Shown here: positions 18,528-27,542 of the stretch, one piece after another
Layout: every line of letters starts with the position of its first letter
Numbering within the stretch: position 1 is the first letter of the stretch
Notes under the pieces: generated by a model
The model's input: only the letters and a program-made list of their open reading frames with translations
Databases searched by the model: none
What the model was told of the DNA's origin: nothing
Program-made: the position numbers and the translations under genes
Assembly (NCBI GenBank): GCA_949289565.1
Contig: CASEOO010000030.1
Location: 145,813-209,812, forward strand
Reading direction: 5' to 3'
Length of the DNA: 64,000 nucleotides
From: an uncultured Bacteroidales bacterium
GTDB taxonomy: Bacteria; Bacteroidota; Bacteroidia; Bacteroidales; UBA932

Positions 18528-19143
18528 TGAAAATTTTGAACATAAAAAACAAAAAAACTTAATGTAGAAAAAGAAAAACTTTCAGGCGTGAAATTTTGCC
18601 TGCAGGTTTTTCTTTTTTTATGTATCGGTTCAGAATGCCTTCCATATATTCGCCCTTGTGCTGGCAATCCAGTTGTGGCTGATTGATATACGTTGCGATG
18701 CCGCCACGGCATATGGTCTGCCTGAAGATAGCAGAACTGGAGCTGGCACAATACGATGTCAAACTTTTAATTCATTTAGATATGGCAAACAGTGCAGTAG
18801 AAAGCAGACCTGCCGGCAGCAGGCAGGCTGTCGTGCAGAGGTTCTCTCCAGAGGACAGCATCGTCTCAGAATACACTTTCCGTGAAAAAACCACGATGAT
18901 GATTCCCGATGAGACTATTTTTACTATCTTCGTGGAACTGAACCGCTTCGGGAAGAAACTCGAGGAGTGCGAGACCCTGCTGGACAAGTGGTGTTTCTCG
19001 TTGACGCACATCAGCACCCTGGAGAAGCTTCCCGACGGGCTGAGGACAGTGGCTTTCGAGCGGCCGTTTCAGACATGCGAGATCGCACGGTTTGAGCCAG
19101 AAGTGAAACTTAAGTGCGAGAAGGAGATGATCACGGAACGGGA
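18528..19143. repeat. Copy A of a roughly 600-bp direct repeat
   Basis: Aligns by eye along its whole length with 20754-21355. Most positions are identical, apart from scattered substitutions and one short indel near 18700. Similarity ends abruptly after ...GATCACGGAACGGGA. Confidence 0.85.
18782..19143 (+). pseudogene. Truncated Rpn-family (PD-(D/E)XK, YhgA-like) recombination-promoting nuclease/putative transposase fragment, copy A
   Basis: The translation IFTIFVELNRFGKKLEECETLLDKWCFSLTHI...FEPEVKLK.EKEMITERD matches the central part of Bacteroidales Rpn/TIGR01784-type proteins. The N-terminal nuclease core is missing. The C-terminus is cut at the repeat boundary (19143), and the listed ORF then reads on into unrelated sequence. 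Confidence 0.6.
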
Positions 19144-19211
19144 TTGCTCCCGATATCCTGATAGGCAACTCCAATCTTTTTACCAAGTCTTGCATTGTAA
19201 TGTCTTGCCAT
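19131..19211 (-). pseudogene. Orphan 26-codon N-terminal gene fragment (MARHYNARLGKKIGVAYQDIGSN...) truncated at the repeat boundary
   Basis: Reading from the ATG at 19211 hits a stop just after crossing the repeat junction at 19143. This is consistent with a gene cut by the rearrangement. Its identity is unknown. Confidence 0.25.
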
Positions 19212-19273
19212 TTATAGATTTTCTGAACTCGTAAAACAGCTGTTCAGATTGTAAATTGACGCAAAGATGGGAT

Positions 19274-20539
19274 TTACGGCTTCAGCAGATTGACAGGTGT
19301 CACGTAAATCCCGTCATCCCTCCGGTATGAAGAACCTGAAGCAGTGAGGACCATCAGGAAATCAGGTGCATTCAGATCGCTTTTCTGAGCTATCTTGTCG
19401 CGGAGCAGTTTCAGGGATTTAGCACCGTCTTCTATAAGCTTTTCGCCTCCGAGTTTGATTTCTATCGCGCCCCATCTTCCGTTTTCAAGATGTATTACGG
19501 CATCACATTCCAGTCCGGCATTGTCTCTATAATGAGAGACAGTCCCTCCGATAGCGTTTGCGTAGATTGACAGGTCCCGGACTGCGAAGTCTTCAAAGAA
19601 CAGCCCGAAACTTTCCAGATCATTTTTCAGGTCATCCGGATTTACACCTAAAGCTCTGCATGCGATAGATGTATCTATGAAATGCCTGGTCGGCGTACTT
19701 CTGATAGAAGTTTTGGACCTTATATTGGGATTCCATGCAGGGAGGTCTTCTATTATATACAAGTCTTTCAATGCTTCCATGTAATCGTCGAATGTTTTCG
19801 GATCCATAGTCCGTTCGTTGCTTTGCCGGACATCGGCTATGATCGTCGAAATGGCTGCTTCAGTGGAAATGTGTCTGGCGTAGCTTCTGATAATCATTTT
19901 CAGAATTTCAGGCTTTTTGTTCCGGAAACGTTCGTTTTCGCAGTCCTCAAATACAAAGAGCCCGTTATAATAGTTTTTGGTGATTTCCAGGGCTATTTCG
20001 TGTGGTGCAAGCACAGATATCGGCCAGCCTCCCCGGCATATCAGGAACGCTATATCATCCAATGTCAGATCATTCTCCATGATCCATGTGAAATTCTGTC
20101 CTCCATCGAACAGATCGCTCAGCGATACTGCTCCTTTCGATTCCCTGGATTCCCACAGGCTCATCGGCCGCATTTTTATCGGAGCTATTCTCCCTGCTCC
20201 GCTATGGTGTACTTCAGTCTTGTCTGCAGGTGTAGAACTGCCGGTCAGTATATATTTCCCGAACTGATACTCGAAGTCAAGGTCATCTTTTATCTGGTTC
20301 CACACGTCAGGAGCTTTTTGCCATTCATCTATCAGCCGTGGCTTCTCTCCTTCCAGTACTGTTTTCGGATTCATCCTGGCTATTGCTATGGCCTGTTTTG
20401 TATTCAGTTTTGTAAAACTTTTCTGATACAGCATGCATGTCGTGGTTTTTCCGCAGAATTTGGGACCTGCCACAACTATTGCACCTGAGGTCTTGAGTTT
20501 CAATTCGATTTCTTTTTCAATTAGCCGGCGGTAATACAT
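19274..20539 (-). CDS. AAA-family ATPase with C-terminal DUF4143-like domain (COG1373-type)
   Basis: 421-aa ORF with Walker A (VVAGPKFCGKTT) and Walker B-like (YILTGSS) motifs. Overall layout is typical of AAA_14/DUF4143 proteins. Confidence 0.8.
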   Translation of the reverse strand: MYYRRLIEKEIELKLKTSGAIVVAGPKFCGKTTTCMLYQKSFTKLNTKQAIAIARMNPKTVLEGEKPRLIDEWQKAPDVWNQIKDDLDFEYQFGKYILTGSSTPADKTEVHHSGAGRIAPIKMRPMSLWESRESKGAVSLSDLFDGGQNFTWIMENDLTLDDIAFLICRGGWPISVLAPHEIALEITKNYYNGLFVFEDCENERFRNKKPEILKMIIRSYARHISTEAAISTIIADVRQSNERTMDPKTFDDYMEALKDLYIIEDLPAWNPNIRSKTSIRSTPTRHFIDTSIACRALGVNPDDLKNDLESFGLFFEDFAVRDLSIYANAIGGTVSHYRDNAGLECDAVIHLENGRWGAIEIKLGGEKLIEDGAKSLKLLRDKIAQKSDLNAPDFLMVLTASGSSYRRDDGIYVTPVNLLKP

Positions 20540-20560
20540 GTGCTTGGATTTTAAGATTTA

Positions 20561-20568
20561 CAAAAATA
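20561..20568 (-). promoter_or_regulatory. -7 promoter box (TATTTTTG) for the ATPase gene
   Basis: Exact TAnnTTTG on the minus strand, 21 nt upstream of the ATG at 20539. Confidence 0.4.
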
Positions 20569-20573
20569 TAAAA

Positions 20574-20613
20574 TTCCCAAGATTTTCAATATGAATTTCC
20601 CAAGATTTTCAAT
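20574..20613. repeat. Two perfect 17-nt direct repeats (TTCCCAAGATTTTCAAT) just upstream of the ATPase promoter
   Basis: Copies at 20574-20590 and 20597-20613, with a 23-nt period. Confidence 0.7.
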
Positions 20614-20753
20614 TTTCGTATCGGCCCGGACAATTGATAGCCATCACTGCCACAATTAGCATACGGGCAAGAACAGGTGTGTACAATCTAATTCCAATTC
20701 CACGAGTATCTTATAGATTTACGATACGTGAGATTTGAAGAATATTAATTCCA

Positions 20754-21355
20754 TGAAAATTGAACATAAAAAACAAAAAACTTAACGCAGAAAAAGAAAA
20801 ACTTTCAGGTGTGAAATTTTGCCTGCAGGTTTTTCTTTTTTTATCTATCGATTCAGAATGCCTTCCATATATTCGCCCTTGTGCTGGCAATCCAGTTGTG
20901 GCTGATTGATATATATTGCAACATATGGTCTGCCTGAAGATAGCAGAACTGGAGCTGGCACAATACGATGTCAAACTTTTAATTCATGTAGATATGGCAA
21001 ACAGTGCAGTAGAAAGCAGACCTGCCGGCAGCAGGCAGGCTGTCGTGCAGAGGTTCTCTCCTGAGGACAGCATTGTCTCTGAATACACTTTCCGTGAAAA
21101 ATCCACGATGATGGTTCCCGATGAGACTATTTTTACTATCTTCGTGGAACTGAACCGCTTCGGGAAGAAACTTGAGGAGTGCGAGACCCTGCTGGACAAA
21201 TGGTGTTTCTCGCTGACGCACATCAACACTCTGGACAAGCTTCCCGACGAGCTGAGGACGGAGGCTTTTGAGCGGCTGTTCAAAGCCTGTGAAATCGCGC
21301 GGTTCGAGCCTGAAGTGAAACTTAAATACGAGAAAGAGATGATCACGGAACGGGA
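20754..21355. repeat. Copy B of the roughly 600-bp direct repeat
   Basis: See copy A. Here the repeat continues in frame into the intact C-terminal part of the Rpn-like ORF. Confidence 0.85.
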
Positions 21356-21527
21356 CTACTACAACATGCTGAATACCGCTAAGGCTGACGGTTTGGCTGC
21401 AGGGTTGGCCGAAGGCGAAGCGAAAGAAAAGATCCGGATCGCCAAAGTTCTTAAGGAACAAGGCGTAGCTGCAAGTATTATTGCCGCCGCTTCAGGGTTG
21501 ACTGAATCACAGATAGCAGAGCTATAA
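20994..21527 (+). pseudogene. N-terminally truncated Rpn-family recombination-promoting nuclease/putative transposase fragment, copy B
   Basis: Same central region as copy A, plus the characteristic C-terminal tail (YYNMLNTAKADGLAAGLAEGEAKEKIRIAKVLKEQGVAASIIAAASGLTESQIAEL). No PD-(D/E)XK N-terminal half is visible upstream in any frame. Confidence 0.6.
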
Positions 21528-21735
21528 GGATTCCAAACCAGGATTTCCAATTGCATTCGAACAAGAACTGGTGCGTTTGAGCTGGTTTATGATCAGCTTT
21601 CGGGTGGATATTGGCAGAGATTCTGCCGAAGCAGAGGAAAGTTGCCATAAAAAGAACATGCCGGAGGATAAAATGAACAAAGTGACGGGATTGACTTTGA
21701 TTTACTCAAGCCAGTCCCGTTTCATTTTTTAGCAG

Positions 21736-21978
21736 TAATGTTGACAATTAGGGATACAATTCGAAGCTATGGGATGGTTAGAGTAAAGTCATTCGTGTAT
21801 AAAATATGCCGATGCATATTTCAGCAGGAAAAATGATATATGTCTGATCCTCCTGTGCTTTAATGAAATTCAAGAAAAATTAACAGAATAATTATTGTTT
21901 ATTACAGTTAAACCCAGTATATTTGAAAATCCCAAAAGTAAAGGCTTAAAAAATAACGATTATAAATTGTCAACATTA
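21736..21978. promoter_or_regulatory. Candidate invertible promoter segment bounded by 14-bp perfect inverted repeats
   Basis: IRL TAATGTTGACAATT (21736-21749) is the exact reverse complement of IRR AATTGTCAACATTA (21965-21978). The 215-bp segment between them holds the only good TAnnTTTG box upstream of the lipoprotein gene. Confidence 0.35.
21918..21925 (+). promoter_or_regulatory. -7 promoter box (TATATTTG) inside the IR-flanked segment, currently pointing at the surface-protein/nuclease locus
   Basis: Exact TAnnTTTG. An ATTG lies 20 nt upstream as a partial -33 element. Confidence 0.4.
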
Positions 21979-22165
21979 ACAATTGCAATGCTTATGGTAC
22001 AAAAATCTATTGATGGAGCCGTCATTTATGAGGCCCCAGTGATGATTTCTGCAGAAGTTTCTGTGGAAAACGGATTCGCGGCAAGCGAAGGAGTAAATTC
22101 CATGTCTCTCGATGCCCCTGACTATGGGGAGGGCGTCACACTCTAATATTATAAGGAGGAAAACC

Positions 22166-24136
22166 ATGAAGAAAATATTGTTTTTATTGGCGGCTTTCGC
22201 CTCAATGGCCGTTGCCTGCCAAGTAGAGGATGTGAATGAGGCCCAGACTCCGGCAGGAGAGACATTCACCATAGAGGCGGCTATCGTTCCATCAACCAAG
22301 ACTTCTCTTACAATAACTGAAGATGCTTACAAGGTAGAGTGGGATGCTGAAGATGAGTTGTCAGTCATAGCGCGATATGATAACGGTGCTGAAGATGCAG
22401 GATATCTTTTCACAAAAGGTGATGGAAATTCTTTCTCTGGAAGTGTGACTGATCCGGGAAATATCAGTGAAATCTATGTGGTATATCCATATGATAAGAA
22501 CCACAATTCTTTCAATGACAATTATAATAATGTTAATGGACGTGTCACGATTGGTTCGGCACATAATGCTAATCAGACACAAAATGGTATAAACAATACT
22601 GATCATATTAATGGTCCGCTTTACGGATATGCACAAGTAGTTGACGGTACGGCAGAAGTGGCTATGAAACATATTTCCACCTTGTTTGAATTGATAGTTA
22701 CAAATAATTCTGGTGACGAAATTAATGTGACTAATGTCAAGTTGGCGAATGACCATGGTAAGGATATGATTGGTACGTTTTACGTAAATCCGGTGACGGA
22801 CTATGTCAGCGCGTCTGGTGCGTCTTATGTTTCGTCAACAGCTTCCCTTGATGTGACAAATGGTACGCTTGCTTCAGGTGCAACAGCTAAATTTTACATC
22901 ACTTCAGCTCCATTTGATTTGGCAGCCGGAGATGAACTGACGGTAACTGTTACTACGAGCGATGGAGCAAGTGCTGCTATAGTGAAGTCTATTCCAAGTG
23001 ATGTGAATTTTGAGGCAGGGAAAGTAAACCATGTCAAAGTTGAAATTGCAGAAGTGAAAGAATTGGAGCCAATGTCTGTGCCAGGAACAGTTCAGTTTGC
23101 CGAAGGGGTTGATATCCCTGAGTATGTCACAATTTCAGACTATGAAACATATAGTGACGGTTCCCTGAAAGTCAATGATGTTGATGACAATGTAGTAGTT
23201 TATGTGGGGTCTGCTGTAGGAAGTGTCACTTTGACAGCAAAATATAATGGGGCAGGTTCTACTCTTGAAATTCTTGGATCGGCGGATGGAAAAGATTATG
23301 TTCACATAGAAAATGTCAATAGTGAAACTGGTCTGACCACTTCTGCCGCTGAATGGAAAACTTCGGCAATTATTAGTCCAGATTACAGGTATTTCAAGTT
23401 CAATCTTACTGAAAAAGTTACAGGAAGTAATGTCAATTTGATAGATATTACATTTAATGAGCCGATTACTGATCCAATTATCAGCTCGGCTGTTTCTTCA
23501 CTAGAATTCGCTTTTGACGATGAAACATCTGGAACTATTCAGTATAGTATTTTAAATGCAGAATATGATGATGTCACAGTGTCATGTGATGAGTCTTTGA
23601 ATGGCTGGTTTACTGCTGAAAAATCAGCTGACGGAGTGATTTCATACACAGTTAATGCAAATGAAGGTGCCGAGAGGTCCGGGAATCTTACAATTTCAGT
23701 AACAGGAGGGAATAGTATCGTTATACCTGTAAGCCAGTCAGCATTTGTCCAGACAGGAGTAGAGCAGAAGGCGATATTTGATTATTCGAATCTTTCAACT
23801 GTAAATGCAACAGTTGATTTGATTACAATAACGGCAGATGCAAATGGAGGAAATCCACCTGCTGTAAATTCAGAGCTTAGGATTTATCGCTATAATAAAT
23901 TTTCGATAGCAGGCACTCAGGAGAATGTTTCTATTAAGTCAATAGTTTTCTCCTTGTCAAGTGCTTCATATTGCGGATATAATTTTGCCTCAGATCCTGC
24001 AGGCTATTCTTTGAATGATACGATTGGAACCTGGACAGGAGATGCAAATGCTGTGATATTTAGCAATGGAGGAGATAAGGACAATAATGTGCAATTCAGG
24101 GTTAAGTCCATTGAGGTGACGTACGTATTGAATTAA
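22166..24136 (+). CDS. Surface lipoprotein with a fimbrillin-like N-terminal region, a BACON-like domain and a C-terminal beta-sandwich-like module
   Basis: Lipoprotein signal with lipobox (MKKILFLLAAFASMAVAC) at the internal ATG 22166. The N-terminal third resembles Bacteroides fimbrillin/Mfa-like lipoproteins. The segment ending ...LTISVTGGNSIVIPVSQSA has the BACON pattern. The gene is visibly more AT-rich than its neighbours. Confidence 0.7.
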   Translation: MKKILFLLAAFASMAVACQVEDVNEAQTPAGETFTIEAAIVPSTKTSLTITEDAYKVEWDAEDELSVIARYDNGAEDAGYLFTKGDGNSFSGSVTDPGNISEIYVVYPYDKNHNSFNDNYNNVNGRVTIGSAHNANQTQNGINNTDHINGPLYGYAQVVDGTAEVAMKHISTLFELIVTNNSGDEINVTNVKLANDHGKDMIGTFYVNPVTDYVSASGASYVSSTASLDVTNGTLASGATAKFYITSAPFDLAAGDELTVTVTTSDGASAAIVKSIPSDVNFEAGKVNHVKVEIAEVKELEPMSVPGTVQFAEGVDIPEYVTISDYETYSDGSLKVNDVDDNVVVYVGSAVGSVTLTAKYNGAGSTLEILGSADGKDYVHIENVNSETGLTTSAAEWKTSAIISPDYRYFKFNLTEKVTGSNVNLIDITFNEPITDPIISSAVSSLEFAFDDETSGTIQYSILNAEYDDVTVSCDESLNGWFTAEKSADGVISYTVNANEGAERSGNLTISVTGGNSIVIPVSQSAFVQTGVEQKAIFDYSNLSTVNATVDLITITADANGGNPPAVNSELRIYRYNKFSIAGTQENVSIKSIVFSLSSASYCGYNFASDPAGYSLNDTIGTWTGDANAVIFSNGGDKDNNVQFRVKSIEVTYVLN

Positions 24137-24272
24137 TAGTTAAATACATCGCAGTATAACTCAACTCATGGGGCGGAACCGGGAGGTCCTGCCCCTAAAT
24201 TAACAAAAGACGTGGCGGTTTCCGGCGGTGTTGACGGCGGAAATACGGATAGACGTAAAATTTTATAAAATT

Positions 24273-26300
24273 ATGAAAATCAGAAATTTGTTTTTTATTG
24301 GTTTCGCGGCATTGTCTCTTGCCGCGGCCTGTGATAAGAAGGAAGATGGCCTGACGGGCTCGCCTTCCATAAGCCTGAGCACCGATGCCGTCGAATTTGA
24401 ACAGACGGCAGATTCTGAAAACATTACTCTGTCTGCCAACAGGGACTGGGTGGTGCAGGTGCCGGAAAGCGCATCGGAATGGCTGTCAGTCTCTCCTGCC
24501 AGCGGAGCGGCTTCCGGTGATCCTCAGACAGTCGCCATAACAGTCAAAGAGAATACCGGGGCGAACAGGTCTGCAAAACTCGAATTCAATGCATCTCTGG
24601 TTTCTGCCACTCTCACTGTCAGCCAGGCAGGTCCTGAAGGAGATATTAGCGGAGCCAGCTTGACTGTCGCTGAATTTATAGAAAAGCCTGAAGATCCGTC
24701 TGTATATTATCAGCTGACAGGCGAGATTACTGACCTGTACAATGAGACGTTTGGAAACTTCACATTGGTCGACAAGACAGGTTCTGTCAGCGTTTACGGA
24801 CTGACTGCCACCCAGCAATCGGAAAATGACAAGAGCTTCGCTTCTCTTGGCTTGAAAGAGGGTGATTATGTGACCCTTATGGGTGTGAGGTCTTCTTTTG
24901 AAGGCAAGCCTCAGGTAGGCGGTCCTGCATACTATGTTTCGCACACTTCATTCGATGACATGGATGCCATTGAACTGGCTTCGATTGCAGAAGTTTACAC
25001 TACTGATGCCGTGAAAGTGTCTGTAAAAGGCCAGGTCGTAGCGGCAGGAAATGTAAGTTTTGTCCTGAACGATGGAGGTGACAAGAGCCTGTATGTATAC
25101 TCAAACAAGACTCCGGGTGTCACCGTCGGTGACAATGTGAAAGTGACGGGCCAGGTAGCTGTTTATCCTGGATATGTAAATCCAGGCGTTACTATCGGCA
25201 CCAAAATGACGCAGATAGCATCTCCGACAGTAGAGAAAATATCAGAAACTCTGACCCCGGCGGCTCAGACTCCTAAAGAGCTGTCAGGTGCAGAACTGGC
25301 GTCTTTCTCATCAGAGTCGACACAGCTTGTCAAAGTAAGCGCCACTGTACAGGTGTCAGAAGGCCATACGAATCTGGTCTTCGACAATAATGGCGGCACC
25401 GGGTCTGTAGTCTCTTCTTCATTTGATTCCCAGATTTCAGATGGAGACAAACTTATAATCACCGGATACTACGGAGGAAGGAACGGCAGAGGATATTTCA
25501 ATATACTTCCGACAGATATCCAGGACAATAATGGCCCGTATTTGACAGTCTCCACGAAAACTGTTAATGTCGGCGCGGCGGCAGGAACTGCAAAATTCGA
25601 TATCAAAGGAAATGTAGCCTGGACAGCGGTGTCATCTGACGATGCCAATTTCTCTTTGTCTGCCGGGCAGGGCACAGGCAGTGAGCCGATTACCGTGACA
25701 TATACGGCCAATGAGTCTGAGGATTCCCCGAGGACAGCCACTATCACAGTTTCCACTGAAGACGCATCAGTGGCAGAAGCTGACAGAACCCATACGATTA
25801 CAATAACTCAAAGTGCGAAGACAGCCCAGTCTGATGTTATAGTATTGAACGGAGAAAGTTTAGGCATAGGCTCAGGAAGCTATGCAAATAGCCCTGAAAC
25901 TGCTGATTGCGGAGGTGTTTCTTTCAGTATTAATGATATGATGCTGAATCAGAGCGATGGCACAGTAGGCATATTCAGAGAACAATTTATACAGATGAGA
26001 AAAAGTTCTGGAAAATTGTACAATACTACACCAGTAGCTCTTAAGTCTTTGAAAATTTATGTTTTGCCAGAAAAAGACGGATTCAAGATAATGACAGGAA
26101 CTGAAGCCCAGCCTGCAACTGAGGCGGAGAAGTCCATGTCAACAGAAACGGTGACAGTAACAGGGTATGTGAATAAAGAGGAAGTGCCTGGGCAGCAGGT
26201 TGAACTTAATGTTTATACCGTAGATGTATCAGACTCTCCACAATATTTTTCCATCGAAGCTACAGCTACTCTGTGGGTATATAAAATTGAAATCCAATAA
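24273..26300 (+). CDS. Surface lipoprotein with BACON - OB-fold-like - OB-fold-like - BACON architecture
   Basis: Lipobox (FAALSLAAAC) at the internal ATG 24273. BACON-like segments end ...ATLTVSQAG and ...HTITITQSA. Two segments resemble the OB-fold modules of extracellular nucleases: LTVAEFIEKPEDPSVYYQLTGEITDLYNETFGNFTLVDKTGSVSVYGL and SIAEVYTTDAVKVSVKGQVVAAGNVSFVLNDGGDKSLYVY. Confidence 0.7.
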   Translation: MKIRNLFFIGFAALSLAAACDKKEDGLTGSPSISLSTDAVEFEQTADSENITLSANRDWVVQVPESASEWLSVSPASGAASGDPQTVAITVKENTGANRSAKLEFNASLVSATLTVSQAGPEGDISGASLTVAEFIEKPEDPSVYYQLTGEITDLYNETFGNFTLVDKTGSVSVYGLTATQQSENDKSFASLGLKEGDYVTLMGVRSSFEGKPQVGGPAYYVSHTSFDDMDAIELASIAEVYTTDAVKVSVKGQVVAAGNVSFVLNDGGDKSLYVYSNKTPGVTVGDNVKVTGQVAVYPGYVNPGVTIGTKMTQIASPTVEKISETLTPAAQTPKELSGAELASFSSESTQLVKVSATVQVSEGHTNLVFDNNGGTGSVVSSSFDSQISDGDKLIITGYYGGRNGRGYFNILPTDIQDNNGPYLTVSTKTVNVGAAAGTAKFDIKGNVAWTAVSSDDANFSLSAGQGTGSEPITVTYTANESEDSPRTATITVSTEDASVAEADRTHTITITQSAKTAQSDVIVLNGESLGIGSGSYANSPETADCGGVSFSINDMMLNQSDGTVGIFREQFIQMRKSSGKLYNTTPVALKSLKIYVLPEKDGFKIMTGTEAQPATEAEKSMSTETVTVTGYVNKEEVPGQQVELNVYTVDVSDSPQYFSIEATATLWVYKIEIQ

Positions 26301-26314
26301 TTGTTTCCTTATCG

Positions 26315-26352
26315 TCAAAGGGACGTCCATGCTTGGGCATCCCTTTGATTTT
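26315..26352 (+). terminator. Terminator-like hairpin after the BACON/OB-fold lipoprotein gene
   Basis: 9-bp stem TCAAAGGGA (26315-26323) pairs with TCCCTTTGA (26340-26348). 16-nt loop, then TTTT. Confidence 0.45.
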
Positions 26353-26369
26353 CAATCAGAACAGAAAGA

Positions 26370-27542
26370 ATGCCGGAACATTTGAGAATAAGGATCATTA
26401 CATGGCTGGCGGCATGCTTCGCGGCGTTGCCGATGATTGTTTCATGTGAGCAAGATATCATTTCCACTCCGGAAGTCTCCATTGCCGAAAATTCGGCAGG
26501 GGCTGAGGCCGGGTATACTGTCGTGGACGTGTCGGCTTCCGGCGCGTGGCTGCTGTCTCTGTATTATCCTGACGGGGCGGAGCCTTGGGCCGGGCTGACT
26601 TCAACACAGGGCAGCGGAAGCAAAGACGGCATTATCCTGAGCTATGGGGAAAATCCGTCAGAGGAGAGCCGTACACTCAAGGTTATATTGTCAGCTTCAG
26701 GGTATGACCTGGCTGTGACTTTTACGCAGGAAGGGCGGACTGCAGCCGGCGATGAACCTGAACCGGAGCCAGACCCGGAGCCTGGACCTGGCCCGGTGGC
26801 AGGCCCGGGGTGGCTGGAACTTCCTGAATTGGCAGAGACTGAGGCCTGCCATTTTTACTGGCACGACATGACCCAGCAGAACGGGAAGAGAGTCAGGAAT
26901 TATTCTTTCCTGTGGGACAAGGAGAACCTGGTGGCTCATTGGGTGGCTTATCCTCTTAACAAAAGACTGATAGGCAGCGGCGACCGTTCTGAAGCCTGGG
27001 GATACGACCCGAAAGTCCCTGTGGAGGACCAGCCGGAATTGTACCGTGGCTATCGCGGCGGCTATGACAGAGGCCATCAGCTTCCGTCGGCTGACAGATA
27101 TACTGACAACGAGTCCACGTTTTATTTTACGAATATGACACCTCAGATCGGAACCGGATTCAACCAGAGTGTCTGGGCAGATTTAGAGATCCAGGTACGA
27201 GACTGGTCGTATTCGTCAGATACACTTTATGTCGTGACCGGCTGTGTCCTTGAAGGCAGTCTCGGAAAGGCTTATGACAATCTCGGCAAGGAAGTCACCA
27301 TCCCTGGCGGATATTTCAAGGCTCTTCTCTGGTACAACCATGCTTCTACCATGAGTTTCGGGCAGTGGTCGGCCGCGGGCTTTTATTTCGAGCATAAGTC
27401 GGGAGCGTCCCGCCAGACAATGTCTATCGATGACCTGGAGGAAATCACCGGAATCGACTTTTTCGTGAATCTGCCTGCGAGGATTGGCCAGGATGCGGCG
27501 GACAGAATCGAGGCGGCGGAACCTGGCGCCTTCTGGAATTGA
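26370..27542 (+). CDS. Lipoprotein DNA/RNA non-specific endonuclease (beta-beta-alpha-Me, Serratia NucA family) with N-terminal BACON-like domain
   Basis: Lipobox (PMIVSC), a BACON-like segment (...LAVTFTQEG) and a Pro/Glu-rich linker. The catalytic DRGHQ motif is at 27066-27080 (YRGGYDRGHQLPSADR), followed by FYFTNMTPQ. Confidence 0.85.
   Translation: MPEHLRIRIITWLAACFAALPMIVSCEQDIISTPEVSIAENSAGAEAGYTVVDVSASGAWLLSLYYPDGAEPWAGLTSTQGSGSKDGIILSYGENPSEESRTLKVILSASGYDLAVTFTQEGRTAAGDEPEPEPDPEPGPGPVAGPGWLELPELAETEACHFYWHDMTQQNGKRVRNYSFLWDKENLVAHWVAYPLNKRLIGSGDRSEAWGYDPKVPVEDQPELYRGYRGGYDRGHQLPSADRYTDNESTFYFTNMTPQIGTGFNQSVWADLEIQVRDWSYSSDTLYVVTGCVLEGSLGKAYDNLGKEVTIPGGYFKALLWYNHASTMSFGQWSAAGFYFEHKSGASRQTMSIDDLEEITGIDFFVNLPARIGQDAADRIEAAEPGAFWN

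Noticed and set aside
18683-19234. 183-aa ORF taken at face value as an intact gene.
   Set aside because: It is chimeric. The Rpn-like similarity stops at the repeat boundary (19143), and the remaining 30 codons read through unrelated sequence on the opposite strand of another truncated gene. The N-terminal part has no Rpn nuclease core.
21684-21730. Imperfect hairpin plus T6 (ACGGGATTGACTTTG...CAAGCCAGTCCCGT TTCATTTTTT) and a 24-codon ORF (from the ATG at 21659), considered as a small gene.
   Set aside because: It is plausibly just a terminator remnant downstream of the Rpn fragment. The mini-ORF has no distinguishing features, and the evidence is not enough to call a gene.
26751-26810. Short periodic GAACC/GGAGCC repeats in the endonuclease gene, considered as a tandem repeat or slippage-prone tract.
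   Set aside because: The tract encodes an in-frame Pro/Glu/Gly linker (DEPEPEPDPEPGPGPVAGPG) between the BACON and nuclease domains. The nucleotide units are not identical, so it is a low-complexity linker rather than a contingency repeat.
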